In this document: in pieces, positions 13,913-27,420 of the stretch | Layout of the letters: every line of letters begins with the position of its first letter | Position numbering within the stretch: position 1 is the stretch's first letter | Assembly: GCF_036321535.1 (NCBI RefSeq) | Contig: NC_087436.1 | Location: 33,172,001-33,236,000 of the forward strand | Direction of reading: 5' to 3' | Length of the DNA stretch: 64,000 nt | Source of the DNA: Camelus dromedarius | Taxonomy: Eukaryota | The notes under the pieces: generated by a model | Told to the model about the DNA's origin: nothing | Databases searched by the model: none | The model's input: the letters and a program-made list of their open reading frames with translations, nothing else | Program-made: the position numbers and the translations under genes

Positions 13913-14153
13913 AGGATTTGATTTACTTCTACAAGGGGCCTGTTTTATTGTTAGTTTTTTAGCTGAGTGTAATCCCTAAATGAGCAAATAATGTAAATTA
14001 AAAAACGTATTTTATGTCATTATAGATCCACAGAAAAGGATTTGATTTACACTATGAGAGACCTGTTCTATTGTTAATTTCTTAATGTGCAGTGGTCTCC
14101 ATTCAAACAAAAAATGTAAATTAAAAAATCTATCATATGTCATAGTAGAGCCA
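13913..14153. repeat. Diverged tandem duplication, ~124-bp period, 2 copies
   Basis: aggatttgatttac at 13913 and 14037, each followed by cctgtt.tattgtta, aatgtaaattaaaaaa and tatgtcat. Confidence 0.85.
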
Positions 14154-15324
14154 TGACTAAACATTTCTCTATCTTTTATGGTTTACATCACATTGGAGAT
14201 TGACCTAGCAGAGAAAAATGACACTGATAAACTGCACATTATAATAAAATTTCATGTTATTTCTTTTTTAATAAAAAATGACCTGAAAATTCTGAGTGAT
14301 AACATGGAAAAATAATAGTTATAAATGATTAAAGTATTGTAAATATTATTTTACTATGCTGAATTAAAACATTTACTTAAAACTAGTACACTGTAATTTT
14401 AAGGGGCAGTTTTACTAATATAATTATAATATTAGGAAAATAATTTCATTAATCTGTGCCTCCAGGAACTAAAAATTTCAGAAATAAGTGAACCTTTGAA
14501 ATGTATAAGTACCAGAATTTACAATAACATAAACCATTTGTTATATTCTTAATGAATATGATAACAAAATAATAACATATTTATTAATTGGTAGTTCATG
14601 TAGGTCTTCATAATGCCAGTTTATCTGATTTTTAGAAAAGTCCTAAAAGAGACATGGCATATATCATTATAGTCATTTTACATATAGTAAAATTAACCTC
14701 AGCCTAACTAAATAACTTTCTTTCTAATACTTGGAAGTGAGATCTGGTCCCAGATTATGTGACACTAAAGTTATTACTCTTGTAATCACACTTCTATGCT
14801 AAAAATACTCAGAATATACATTAAAAAACAAAACAACAACAACCAAAAAAACCTCAGAGTTTTTTCTCACTATGAGTTTTATAACTGTTTTGATTAAATT
14901 TAAAAGTTTCTGGAAATTATAGAAAAAATCTCAAGGAACAGAAATGTTGTAATCCAGATTTTCATTGAATTCTTTTTCTGTGGTATGGGAGTTAAACAAT
15001 TGTAATTGCAGCTTTAAAAGGATGCTAGTGTGTTAAATGTTGAGTCTCTGGGCACCAGATTTGTCATGTAATAAATAATAAAATGATATATTCCTTTAAT
15101 TACTTAATTCAACAAAAACAAATTATGTATGATCTCAAACATTGTCACATTGCAGATTTTCCTTGTTAAATCTAACAATAACCAACTATTGGATGGAGCT
15201 AAGAGAATTTCTATATTTGGCATATTTCCATCCAGTTGAATACAGCATACTTTTAGCATCTAAAGTTTTATTAAGAAAGCATGTCTGAGTTAAGCCTTTG
15301 TTAAGTGCTGTAAATAATAGCATG

Positions 15325-15329
<5 letters not shown>

Positions 15330-15360
<31 letters not shown>
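15330..15360. repeat. (AC)n microsatellite
   Basis: Read directly. Confidence 0.95.
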
Positions 15361-15364
<4 letters not shown>

Positions 15365-17619
15365 TATATACATTTTATATATATGTATAAGAAGCTATAA
15401 TACATATATCTTTTGCTATATTTCCTATCTTATAAAGTAAAAATATGTTCTACAGAAGAGATTGTAGATGACAGTATACTGTTCTGTCAAAAACTATTTT
15501 GATTTGAACTTTGATTTTGTATATTTTACTGTTAGTCTATGAATTCCTGTCACATTGGGGCTGTGAGCTCACATTATTTTACTTTGGATATAATTTAGAA
15601 ATTGTAGTTGAAGTATAAATGTTTATCAGTAAATGTAAATTATTTTGTAGTATTTATTTAGCATATTGTTTAAGTATACATATTCTCCATAATGATATCC
15701 ATATGTTTCTGTCATCTTTGCAAAAACTTTATTTCTATATCAGGCTAAATTATGTGCTTGCCTATTCACTTATTTGAAGTTGTTCATTACAAGTTGAACT
15801 CCATGAATTCTACAATTTACATTATTATTATATGATAAAAACTTAAAATTTTCAATTGATTCCATGGGTCCAGTATCATTTTGTATAGTAGTTTGAAATT
15901 CAAAATAATTAGAAACACAGGAGTTTAAAAAAACTCAGTGTCATGCTTTAAGTATGTGTATATATATTATCAACAGTAACTTTCTGTGAGATGTCTAGGG
16001 GCTACTTGGGAACTATGCACAATCTTGGGTCCAGAGTTGTTTGTTCTCTTATTTAGTTTTGTTTGATTTGGATGGCAAAGTTTTCCTCCTATGTTCTGAT
16101 TTTTATTTTGTTCATTTGTGAGACTACTTTCTTTCACTGAAGTTATTTATTTCATCTTTCAAACTGTTTTAATTGCAAAGAGTTTATTAAAATTTATAAA
16201 ATGTATGGGAAAAAAGATTACTAGAAGGTGTATGAAATACCTCCATACACTTTGGGAGAATATTAAATTTGAATACAATTCAGTGTCACCAACTTTTGGC
16301 TACAAAAATAAAAATTAATTGTAAATTAAGCACAATGTTTTAGTAGAAACTGGTATATATAATAATTCAGTTTTATATTTATATGATGTTTTCATTTAAT
16401 GCAATAATTAGATATTGCTGTAAGAAGAAAATCATATATTAAATCTTGAGCAACTTTAAGAGATCCCACTTATTAATATAAACATGCACTTATTAAAGAA
16501 TCACTCATATTTTTAATGTTATAGTTATAAAGAATTAGAAGCCTCAATAAAATTTTAATCAACTCCCCTTTATCCCTAAAATAATGCATAATTCAAAATT
16601 TCCCCTAAAGATAACTGTGTGTCTCACATATGCTGAAAGTAATTCCACCAAGAAAAAACTCTGTCACTACCCTAATAGGGCAAGGGATAGTCAAGAAAAA
16701 CATCTTTCCCTGACAATTCATTTTTTCCCCATGACATAATTTATAGAAGATTCCCTCAGTTCAGTTTTCCCTTAAGGACAAGATCATTTGAAAACACTCA
16801 GCATTTTCTCACAACAGAAGTATCTAGCAGTTTTTTGTTTGTTTGTTAGCTTGTTTTGAAAACCCTTGCTCATTGGAAAAATCTGGAATTTAAAGAGATC
16901 AAATTTATCAAGGCAAAGCAGAAAACAGTGTCAGGAGCTCAGCAGAACAATAATAAACAGTCATCTCCTGATGCCACGTGTCCCAGCTGAAGGAGTCCTG
17001 CTGATCCATTTCTTTTACCAGTCACATAACACTCTCTTTTATAGCAGTGCCTCAGGGCACAGTGAAGAGCTTGGATGTTGAATAATTTTTCTCATTGAGC
17101 ATCTGTCCTTGAGACTCTCATGCATGTGTTACTGACTTTGTTCTGTGGCATATCCTCAGGTATGCAAGAAGGCATGGAGCATGGAATCTGAGTCAGTAAA
17201 TTTCTGCAATTTCATGAGTCTGTATCCAGCCATACTATCTATCTACCTAGTGAAAATGGGTAGCTGAAATTTTCAAAAGAAATACAAATGGAAAGCTTTA
17301 AGCAAAAGATACTCACTATACAGCAACACAGTCTTATGATAAACAAAACCAAAGAAGAGGAAGTCAAATAATATTCAAGAAATTTAGTAAATTCCTTAAA
17401 AAATATTAAAATCCTACAACTGCATATACTCAGCTATCCCTGTTCCCTTCCTCATCCTGTCAATGTCTGTCTCATCCTAGTTTCTTTCATGTTATCTATT
17501 TCTCTATTTTCTGTGCTTCTTTCTTGACAGTTTAAAGGAATACTAGAATTACTATGTTTTCATTAAAGAGATCAAAAGTACCTGAAGATATTCAGAGAGG
17601 CGGGTTAGTGCATTAAATG

Positions 17620-18480
17620 TTCAAATTGGCTGTTTCCTTACCGACTTTCGGTCTCAGGGTTCTATTATTGAAAGTGGGTTTTTTTTTAAAGTCTCCTACT
17701 ATTTTTGTATTGTTCTTAATTTCTTCTGACCTTATATTTGTTTATATATTTAAGTGCTCTAATGTTGGGTGTATATAGTTTTTAAATTATTGTGCCTTCC
17801 TATTGAATTAACCCCTTTATCTTTATATAATGGTTTATTTCATGATAGTTTTGACTTAAAGTCTGTCTTATATAAGTATAACTAACTCTGGGTTACCATT
17901 TAATGTGGATTATCTTTTCCATCCCATTACTTTCAGTCTATGTGAACCCTTGTATCTAAAATGGGTCTCTTATGGACAGGATTTTACTGGATTTTGTTTT
18001 TTAATATTCACTCAGCTATTCTATGCCTTTTGATTGGAAAGTTTCATTCTCTTACATTTAAAGTGATTATTGATAAGTGAGGAATTATTATTACAATTTT
18101 GTTAAATTTTTTTCTCTGTTTTGTAATTCTTTTATTTCTTTCTTCTTTTGCTGTCTTATTTTGTTTTTTCGTGATTTTTTAGTTGTTTGGTTTCATTCTT
18201 TTCTCTTTATCTTTTGGGTATCAGCTATGGTTTTAACTTTTTGGTTACTTGAGACTTGTATAAATCTTCTTGTAAAATTGTAAACATCTGTTATAATTCA
18301 ATAACAATCTAAGCTTAATTATATACAAAAACTCTATACCCTTGCCATCCTCACACACACTGCCTTGTGTAAGTTCTTGAAGTCAAAAATTACTTCTTTG
18401 TGTATTACGCATCTGTTACCAAATTTTTGTGATTTCAATTATTCTTAAACTTGTATTTTTTAACTTTCATATTAGAGACA
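17620..18480 (-). mobile_element. Old L1 fragment (ORF2 endonuclease start and spacer)
   Basis: Visibly homologous to 36200-36700 (aagtctcctactatt, aagtgctctaatgttgggtgtatata, tatcttttccatccc). Confidence 0.8.
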
Positions 18481-18489
18481 AAGGTAAAA

Positions 18490-18892
18490 TTTCTAAACAG
18501 GATTGTAAAGGGATATCTGCACTCTTATGTTCATTCCAGCAGTAGAAGAAAGGGAAGATGTTGGTCATAGGGTACAAAAGTTTAGTTATATGGGATAAGT
18601 AAGTTCTGGGGATCTGATGTCTAACATGTTGATGATAGTTAACAATACTGTATTGTTATACTTGACATTTGCTAGGAGGATAGATCTTAAATCTTCCTAA
18701 CACACACACACACACATACACACACACACACACACACACTCAAATGGTAATTATGTGGAGATAATAGCTACATTAATTTTCTGGATTGTGGTAATAATTT
18801 CATAATGTATACACATATCAAGACATCAAGTTGTGCACCTTAAATATATACAATTTTATATGTCAATAATATCTCAGTAAAACTGTTAAAAA
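18490..18892 (+). mobile_element. L1MA-like 3' end containing (CA)n
   Basis: gggatatctgcactcttatgttcatt; atagttaacaatactgtattg; catcaagttgtgcaccttaaatatatacaattttat. Confidence 0.8.
18700..18739. repeat. (AC)n microsatellite with one interruption
   Basis: Read directly. Confidence 0.95.
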
Positions 18893-19719
18893 CTCATATC
18901 CTATAGAAATGAACCCTCTATATCTAAAATATTTTAGAATTACTATATAATTTGAATATTTATGCAAAAACATTTTATTCTCATCTAAAGTTCTTTATCT
19001 GTGTCCATAAAAGGCTCTTTGGGTCAATTAATAGGCAGATAATAATTTGTGGGATATTGTTTGAGATTCAATACATAGTGTATCAAATTGCATAAAGCAT
19101 ATAATAAATTTTTTAAAAAGACTTGTTTGAGAAATAGAGTTAAATAAACTTCCAAAATGTTAGCTAAATAACTGTCAAATAGTTACAAATGCATCTTGTA
19201 AGAGGGTGGAATTGCACACCAAGTGGGCTGAAATAGTCAGGAAGGATTGTTGCTGCATGTAGGTACTGAGTTAACATAGTGCAATTGAGAGATAAATGAA
19301 TATACATCTTCAGAGGACAGAGAGCAGGCCAATGGACGGGGGTAAAGAATAGGTTAGTGTTCGAAATCAGGTTGGTTACATTAAATGGCATTAGGCTGTG
19401 GAGACTTTTTTTCTTTTTCTTTTATTATTCAAAATTACAAACATTTACAAAAGTAGGGAGAAGATATTCATTATCAGCATAAGGCCAATCTTGTTCCCCC
19501 ACCTATTACCCCTGGATTATTTTGAAGCAAATCTGAGCCATCATGTAATTTCAAATATGAATAATTCAGTAAGTTTCTCTAAGAGATAACTATTCTTCAT
19601 CCTTTAAAAAAAAATCATACCATAGTACTATTATCACATCTGAAATAACAGTATGTCCTTAGTAGTATCAAATATCCAGTCAATGTTGTACAGAATATTA
19701 GTGTAGAATTGAGATTCAA

Positions 19720-20450
19720 AATTTCAGAAGAAGCAGGTGTATGGAGAAGAAAGATAGGTGTTTGAGTTCAGAGATTGTTAAATTTGATATGCCTATTATG
19801 TATCTAAGGAGATGCTAAGAAAGCAGTTGGATGTAAGGGTCTTATGTTTAATGGGAGGCTTATATTGGAGATCAGACTTTAGAAGTCATTAGCATTTAGA
19901 CAAGATTTAAATGTGAGCACCAAGGAAGTCCGGTGCTCTATTAATTCTATTAATTCCTCAAGGGATGAAGAAGAATCAGGTAAAGGCAGTATGATAGGAG
20001 AAAAATGGGGAAAAGAGAATGTTGTAGTGGCCATGTGAAGAAAATCTTGTTATTGGGGTGGGGTGATCAATCATAGAAAATGCTGATGGCAGATCCAGTA
20101 AAATGATAACAGGATAACAGCCATTGGGTTTTAGCACGATGAAAGTCTTTGATGATCTTGACAAGTGTAGTTTCTGTGGAATAGTGACTTTAAACCTGAC
20201 TGAAGTGACTTTCTAAGAAAACAAGAGGAAATGAATTGGAGAGGATTATTTAGAAAAGAGTAGAGACAATTTAACCATAATAACAAAGAAGAAAGCAGAG
20301 TATTTGGCCATTGTGCTTATAAATGAGCAGATACACTGATGAGAACTTGTTGAAGTTCCCTTCTATATGTTTCTGAGAAAAGTCAACAGCTGAGTCAGTT
20401 GTGGGATGTGTTGATAGTTTGAAAAGAGAGAAGTCATGAAATAGATTTTT
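19720..20450 (-). mobile_element. L2 LINE fragment
   Basis: gttaaatttgatatgcctatt...ggagatgc...gcagttggat and ccattgggttttagca...gatcttgacaag are reverse L2 motifs. Confidence 0.7.
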
Positions 20451-20579
20451 GGCAGATTGAAAAGACTAGGTGATATGCTAAGACTACAAGCCTATAATTA
20501 AGGGTTGATATGATGTTTGTAGTTGTGAATTTCATGTGAGACTAATCTTCATGTTTATATATAATATGCATGTAGAATT

Positions 20580-23500
20580 AGAAGAGAACACAGAAATGGG
20601 CATTGTTTGAATATGTTCATCTACACAAAAAACCCCAATAGATTTATTATAAAATTATTTTAACTAATAAAAGGCATCAACATTGTTTCAGGATATAAAT
20701 TTAATTTAGAAGCTATATATACATTTCACTATATTGTTCACAGTAAGAAACTAAAATATGAAATCTAAGGATTACTTATAAACATTACACAGGAATTTAG
20801 AAAAAATGTAAGTGTAAAAGAGCTATGAAAATAATAAAGAATCCATATTTCAAACATTATAATTGGAGAAAATGACATCTCAACCTTGTAATAAAACTGT
20901 TGAAATCAGGAGACAATACAATTTATAAAAGTTTAAAAGAGAGATTATTTTCAAAGGAGTTCATAAGACTGACAGAAATAACAGAAACCAGAAAAATCAC
21001 AGAATCGTATTTTTAAAGAAATGAAAGGAAGTATGTAACTGTCACCTTGGTCATTGAAAATAGCCTTCTAAAATGAACAAGAAATAAAGACATTTTTCTT
21101 TTACTTTCCCCCCAGAAATGAGTGTTTACTTGTGCAGTGGAAGTGACAGAGATTCCTGCTCCTTCCCAAGCAGTTTGGGACATTTGCTCCCTATAAGTAG
21201 TGAATTAAAGCAGGAGTTAGTGATACTTTGTGACTCACACAGCAGTGATCACGCCCCTCCTGCATGCTTCCACCATAAGTAAGGATTTCTCTAATCCCCT
21301 ACCTCCCTTCTTCATGTGCTTACCTGGTAGACATCCATGGTGTGACGTCACCTTGTGTTTGGGGTTCTGTACGCTGTCCTACACCTAGCCTCTAGAAGTA
21401 AATTAAGATTTCAGCTTAGGTTTCCTTACCCATTTCTATGGGTCACAGATGCAGGGAAGCCTGTCTGTGTTTTCTGTCTCTCCTCAAAGGGGTTTGCCCT
21501 CTGTGGAATTCGTACTTTCTGACTTCTCTGTCTCATTTCCTTTATGAGATCAAGGAAAATTATTATTTTATGGTTGATCTAGATGTTCAGAGTGGGACTG
21601 ATGCTCTTTCATCTTTCTCTAAAGGCATTTGAAAACAAACATGTGAGGATTCATCATTATTGTACCTGCAGTAAAGAAAAGAATAGAATGTGTTCCTTCA
21701 ATCAGAAGGCAAATAATCTTAGATGGAACCTCAGATATTAAGAAGAAATGATACACCACAATAAAGGCAAATATATGGATACGTTTAAATAAATTCTGAC
21801 TAAAATAAATAATGATTTGTGGGTTTAAAATATTTATACAATTAAAGTATATGACAACACTAGTATATAAGTCAGTATAAGAAGGACAGTAATAAAGAAA
21901 AGGCATTCTAAGATCCTTGCATTTTCCTTCAGGAAATAAGGTTCTGATTTTAGTGGTCATGGATATTTAACTATGAATGCAATGAATGCATGCATGGGTG
22001 CATATTGTAATTTCTAAAGTAACTATAAAAGAAATATGACATTAATAATAGAATAATTCAATCCAAAATGAACATTCAATCCAAAATAAACTATGGAAAG
22101 AGAGAAAAGTAAACACAGGACAAGAAGAACAAACAGAAAGCAAATGATAAGATGGTCGATCTAAGCTAAAAATGAGCAGGACAATGAATATTTCATAATG
22201 ATTAATGATTTTATGGTGATAAAAAGTCAGCTTACCAGGAAGATGTATAAATTCAAACTATATATACATATATATATATATGTATATATAGTAGCATATT
22301 TTCAATGTACAAAAGAGGTGGACTTGAAATGAAAAGACAATGCTACACATTTAGTGGGAAATTTTAATACACCTCTGAAAATTGACAGAAGAAGCAGAAC
22401 AATCATTAAGCACGTAAAAGATTGAGCAACCAGAGTATACAAATAGCAAAAGGCATTATCTTAAAGTATACATGGAACATTTATAAAAATTGACCTTAGG
22501 CTGGGGAGTAAAGTATGTATCAACAAATTTTTTTTTTAACAAATATCTAAAGAGTGAAATCATATAGAATGTGTTCTCTACCATGGTAGACTTACTCTAT
22601 AAAGAAGCAAACAAACAATTACTAAAACTTACCATATGTCTGATAATTAACTTCTAAGTGAAATACACTTCTAAATAATCATAATGTTAAAACTCAGGAG
22701 ACATCTCTGGGCAAGAGGAATGATACTTGATTCGGAAAGGTGCTAGTAAAATTGTATTTCATTATCAGTTTTACTCATTTATCTGTACTCTCATGTTTTT
22801 TGTACCTTTTGTATTATTTTTACTTTAATAAAAATTAAAATGTGGGTATAAAAATAGACAGATGTAAGTAGACTAAAGGAAAATATAACAGAGCTGACAT
22901 GCTGAGTCATATATATAGGAAAAATTGATCTCTGACAAAATAGCATCACAAATCAATGAGCAAAGATGAATTGTGTGTTAGTTTTGGGAAAAATAGCCTA
23001 ATAAATAAAAATAAGTAATAAAAATGTCAATTCTATACCTCAGAGCATATACAAAAGTGGAAACCAAGTGACTAAACTTCAAATTTGAAAAGTAATACAC
23101 ACACATACACAGACAGGAGAATGTGTGTGACTATGAAGTGGGGAAAGACTTCTGAAGACAAACTATTCTAGCCATAAATCAAAAGAAAACTGATAGATGT
23201 GCCCACATTAAATGTATGTTCAAGGACACAGATGATGGGTTTAGAGAATATTTCAAATGAGTATAGGTTAAATATCTAGAAAGCACAGAGAACTGCAAAT
23301 CAACAAAAAAGATAAGAGCCCCCTATGGAAAAAAATATACGAAGTGTAATGGACAATTCACAGAAGAGAATTTAGTGAGAAATCAATGATTATCAATCTC
23401 ACCAATAACCAGAGGAGGGGAAAAGAAGGTTTTTTTTGTTTTTGTCAGTTTAAATCCATCAGATTGACAGGTATGAACATGTCAGGTAGTTCCAAGTGAA

Positions 23501-23900
23501 TGTATAGAGGTGTGGAAATAAGAAGCCTCATGATTCGCTCATAGGAGACTAAAACAATCCAGTCATTATGGACAGCAGTTAAAAGAACTTAATGAAATTA
23601 TGCATTTATATGGAAACCCTAAGCATATATTCCAGAGAATTTCTTGCACAGGTCCATAGAGTCAAAAGCCTGAAGGATGTCAATGCAGCATTTTTGTGGT
23701 GGTTGAGGAGTTAGTGAAGACCCAGATTAAATACAGTGGACATATAAACAAAATGTTATCAGCCAATCAAATCAATTGGAGTATAAACATCTACAGAAAC
23801 TTGAGTTGATGTTCAAAATTGATTTTTAATAAAAATTTAAAAATCAGTATAATTATAGCAAAGTATCATCTGTATACATTAAAATACACACCACACACAC
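20580..23900 (+). mobile_element. Patchwork of ancient L1M/L1ME fragments
   Basis: A-rich, with degenerate ORF1/ORF2 motifs (cataagactgacag, acatggaacatttataaaaattgacc, ggacaattcacagaagag). Confidence 0.5.
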
Positions 23901-23961
23901 ACAGGAAATATGTTTTTGCCAGGGTACATGAATATGCAAGAAAACACATTTAAAGATATGG

Positions 23962-24021
23962 TATATATATGCGTGTGTGTGTGCGTATATATATATACGC
24001 ACACACACACGCATATATATA
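23962..24021. repeat. Perfect 60-bp palindrome of alternating purine-pyrimidine
   Basis: tatatatat gc gtgtgtgtgt gc g tatatatatata c gc acacacacac gc atatatata equals its own reverse complement. Confidence 0.95.
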
Positions 24022-26112
24022 TGTATACACACAGAAAATGAGGGGGTTGAACATTGTGATGAAAAATGAAGGAGAAAACATAAAAGAGAACAAAAGAGGG
24101 CTCTTACAAGAATGATCATTATACGTTCCTTGAACAGAGAAGTTATGATCAACTCACTAGGGTCAAAAAAAGTCATATATATGCAGAAGAAAAAATTGCA
24201 TTTAGATAAGTCATATGCCACCATTTTTATGTTGTGGGATGTCAGGCTTTTATTTTTGGATCGCTTGCCCTACTCCACTTTATTCTTTTTACATAGATGT
24301 AAAAGTGAAATTGAGCTGAGTGAAATAGTAGAAATCCTTGGTTGGAATTCCTTGCCAGAATGAATCATTAAAGTCATGTAAAAATCTGTTGAAAAATGAT
24401 CTTCAAAATGAGAAACATACTGACACTAAATATTAGTTTATTAGTAACTTATCATACATTTTGTTCCAATTGCAGAGTTCTTAGGACAGTTTCTTTTACA
24501 TGATAGGAGGTTTTTTCATGATAGGAGCTTAACAGGGTATATTAAAGAGGGACTGACTTCTCAAAATTTTATTTTGCAAATTGTTCATTGCTAACCACAC
24601 TTAATATGTAAGACTAATCATAGCATCCAACTTAATATTGAATTTTTCTTCAATAATATAAATTAAGAAAGTTATGAGAATGTTCTTCTAGAACATTTAG
24701 TTTTAGCATCAACATGATAAGGGCTCTTTGTGCCCGATTAAATTCTTATACACAGATTAATACTTTCACTCTGTCTTAGGATGCCAGCTCTGTGAGTGGA
24801 GGGTGCAGCATTGTGTAAGCAAAGGGAAAGGTAAAAATGCTCTCAGATACAAAGGCTGCACAAAAATAATTTCATAAGCACAATTACCATCTGTTTCTGG
24901 GTTCAGCTAATGAGAGAACTCGCTTAGTTGCACATCGGCTCAATCTGAAAATAATAAAACAATGATTTCTGTGAGTTTAAAAACATGCCCCTCTAACCTC
25001 CCCTTCTCAACCTCTAGTTTGACTTGTTGAAAAACAAGGAAAACAAATAGACATGTGGCCACCCACGTAGTTGTGTAAAGTGAAAAAAAAAAAGTGAAAA
25101 TAACGTGTGACAGAATGCCTGAAGGTTTCACTTAGTCCTTCACACATGGACTTAATCACTTTGGCAAATTCTCTCTCCCTCCCATATGAACTTTACAGAC
25201 CATTTTTCAAATTAAAAGTGCCCTCTCTTTCATGTTTTAAGAACTAGTGGCTCAGGGAAAAGCTGGGAAGTGATTTGGGAAACTGTGTCATCAACTAGGA
25301 ATTTTACTGCTTTTTAAAATTCCCTGGAAATGTGCCAATAATGTAGAATGTTAAAATTTCTGAGAGCTTCTTGTTATGTGTAATGGTACGTATGTATATG
25401 TGTGTGCACGTGAACACTCATTATCTAAGTCCTCTCTCAAACTGGAAATGGTTCAGTTCCATTGGAGACATACACTGTATTAAGGCAAATCAATGTTCCT
25501 TTGGGATTTCACTCTTAGAGTTACTTCTCAGGGCTAACTGCCATGCAGATCAGTGATTGGAGCTAATGAGCACAATCATATGACTGCATTAACAATGGAG
25601 AGTGACATAATTCTAAACCTACTGAACACTTTTTCAGACAAGACCACTTTATGGTCTTTACCAGTTCTTTAGAATTAGAAAACAACTAGCTCTCTAGTGG
25701 AATGGGAACCTTTCCTTTCCTGATACCCTCTACAGTTCAAGTTTACGTGGAAAGTATGAACAACTTTGCAGAGTAACAACTACTGTAAGGCCTCAGTCAC
25801 AGAAGGATTTCATAGATCTGTGTACACAGAGCTGTTCAGCAAAATCACATCACAGTCTCCATTTAATTCAGTAGTTTTAAGATCAACAGGCAACTTGGCC
25901 TGTTAAAGGTGCTCTTGCGAGTGCTCTGTGGATGCATTGTTTACCTTAGCCTTGCTATTCGTCCTTCTTAATTCCCTTGCTTCATATCTGTTCCGTAAGT
26001 TCCATTCTTCTTGACATGCTTCCTATGTAAAGTTGATATTTGGCAAAAGACCCTCCACCAATCAAAACTCTTTTACGTCATCACTTCCATATATTTGTCA
26101 GTCATGTAACTG

Positions 26113-26329
26113 AAAGGTTGGCAAGTATTTTCTATAAACAGCTAGATAGTATTTTAGGCTTTGTGGGCCAGAGGGTGTCAGTTCTAACTAAATCTGCTGT
26201 TGCAATGTGAAGGTGGCCATACATAATGTGAAAGAATGAGTGTAGCTGTGTTCCAAAAAAATTCTTTATTTACAAAAGTAAGTGACTGACTGGCTTTGGC
26301 CTTTGGACTATATAGTTTGCTGACCTCTG
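26113..26329 (+). mobile_element. MER58A (hAT-Charlie MITE)
   Basis: ggttggcaa...tattttaggctttgtgggcc...gctgtgttccaa..ctttatttacaaaa...tagtttgctgacctctg with terminal inverted repeats. Confidence 0.85.
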
Positions 26330-26429
26330 GACCATGAGTGCTCAGATGGGGAGAGGAACTTCCACTGATTTAAGGCTTAAGTTACACAGTCTTTGCATTG
26401 ATATAAACACAAACACCGTTTCTTTTTTT

Positions 26430-26615
26430 GGCAGCATGGCCTAGTGGTAAAGAATGTAGGCTTGGTGACAGTCAAACTGCAGGCTCTGTGGTTTTCGAAA
26501 AGTGACAAACTTTCAGATCTTTATTTTTCTCATCTGTACAATGGGATGTAATAATACATATTCCAAAGATTTTGTTCTGAGATAAAATGAGAAAATTGTG
26601 TATTAAGGGGGCAGT
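26430..26615 (+). mobile_element. MIR SINE
   Basis: ggcagcatggcctagtggtaaaga head and the core tttctcatctgtacaatggga. Confidence 0.7.
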
Positions 26616-27420
26616 ATAGTTGTGTCATTTTCGAGGTTTTGTTTTCAGAAAGTGAGCTCTAGATATAGTAAATAAATTATATTGATACAGTTTCCTCTAT
26701 AAAATATTCCATAATCAATGATGTGTTGGGCGTTGTTATGACTAATAATGTTAGTTCAAGATTAAAATTGGAGCAGGGAAGCAAAATGGAAGCTGTAAGA
26801 AACAAAAGAGGATCCCTAAATTTCAAAGATTCCATGGACTTCATCTGTCCTATTTGTACAGTTTGTTACCTTATTACCTTGAAAATTGTTTTCAGTTCCT
26901 AATGAAAGCTGTGAACACTTTATAATGACTTTTCATACATAAACACTATGAACAAGAGATGAGAGGTCTATTAGGAAGAGGGAATTTGAAGTGGTTCTCA
27001 ACTGTCTAGAAGTGAGTCACTTAGCTCAGCAGTATTTACTTGAAGTCACAGTACTCTGAATCTGAGCTTCTGAGAAATTGCTCATGTTTCCTCTTCATTG
27101 CCTTTTCCCAGCAAAACTGGAGCACGGAAACTCTAGCCTCCATACTCAAAGCTAGTATTTTTACCTCATCAACTCTGAATTATTTTCATGATCCCTGACA
27201 GAAATATGTTAAGAACAAATATTGTTATTGTAGTATGAACCCAAATGGAAATGGTACAAAATATGAATCTATTTAATAAGTATTTATGTTCAAGGTTGGT
27301 TGACTTAGAGATATGCATCGAGTTAAAACTGTGTCTTTACTACTGCTTTAAGAAAAGTGTAATGTGTGAAATTCAGCATGTATTTTTAAAATTCTCTCCC
27401 TGTGATACAGTTGTTTCACT

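Noticed and set aside
17620..18892. Opposite-orientation L1 pieces as a twin-priming inversion
   Set aside because: The inverted piece comes from the start of ORF2 and the forward piece from its end, kilobases apart in L1 coordinates; no TSD seen.
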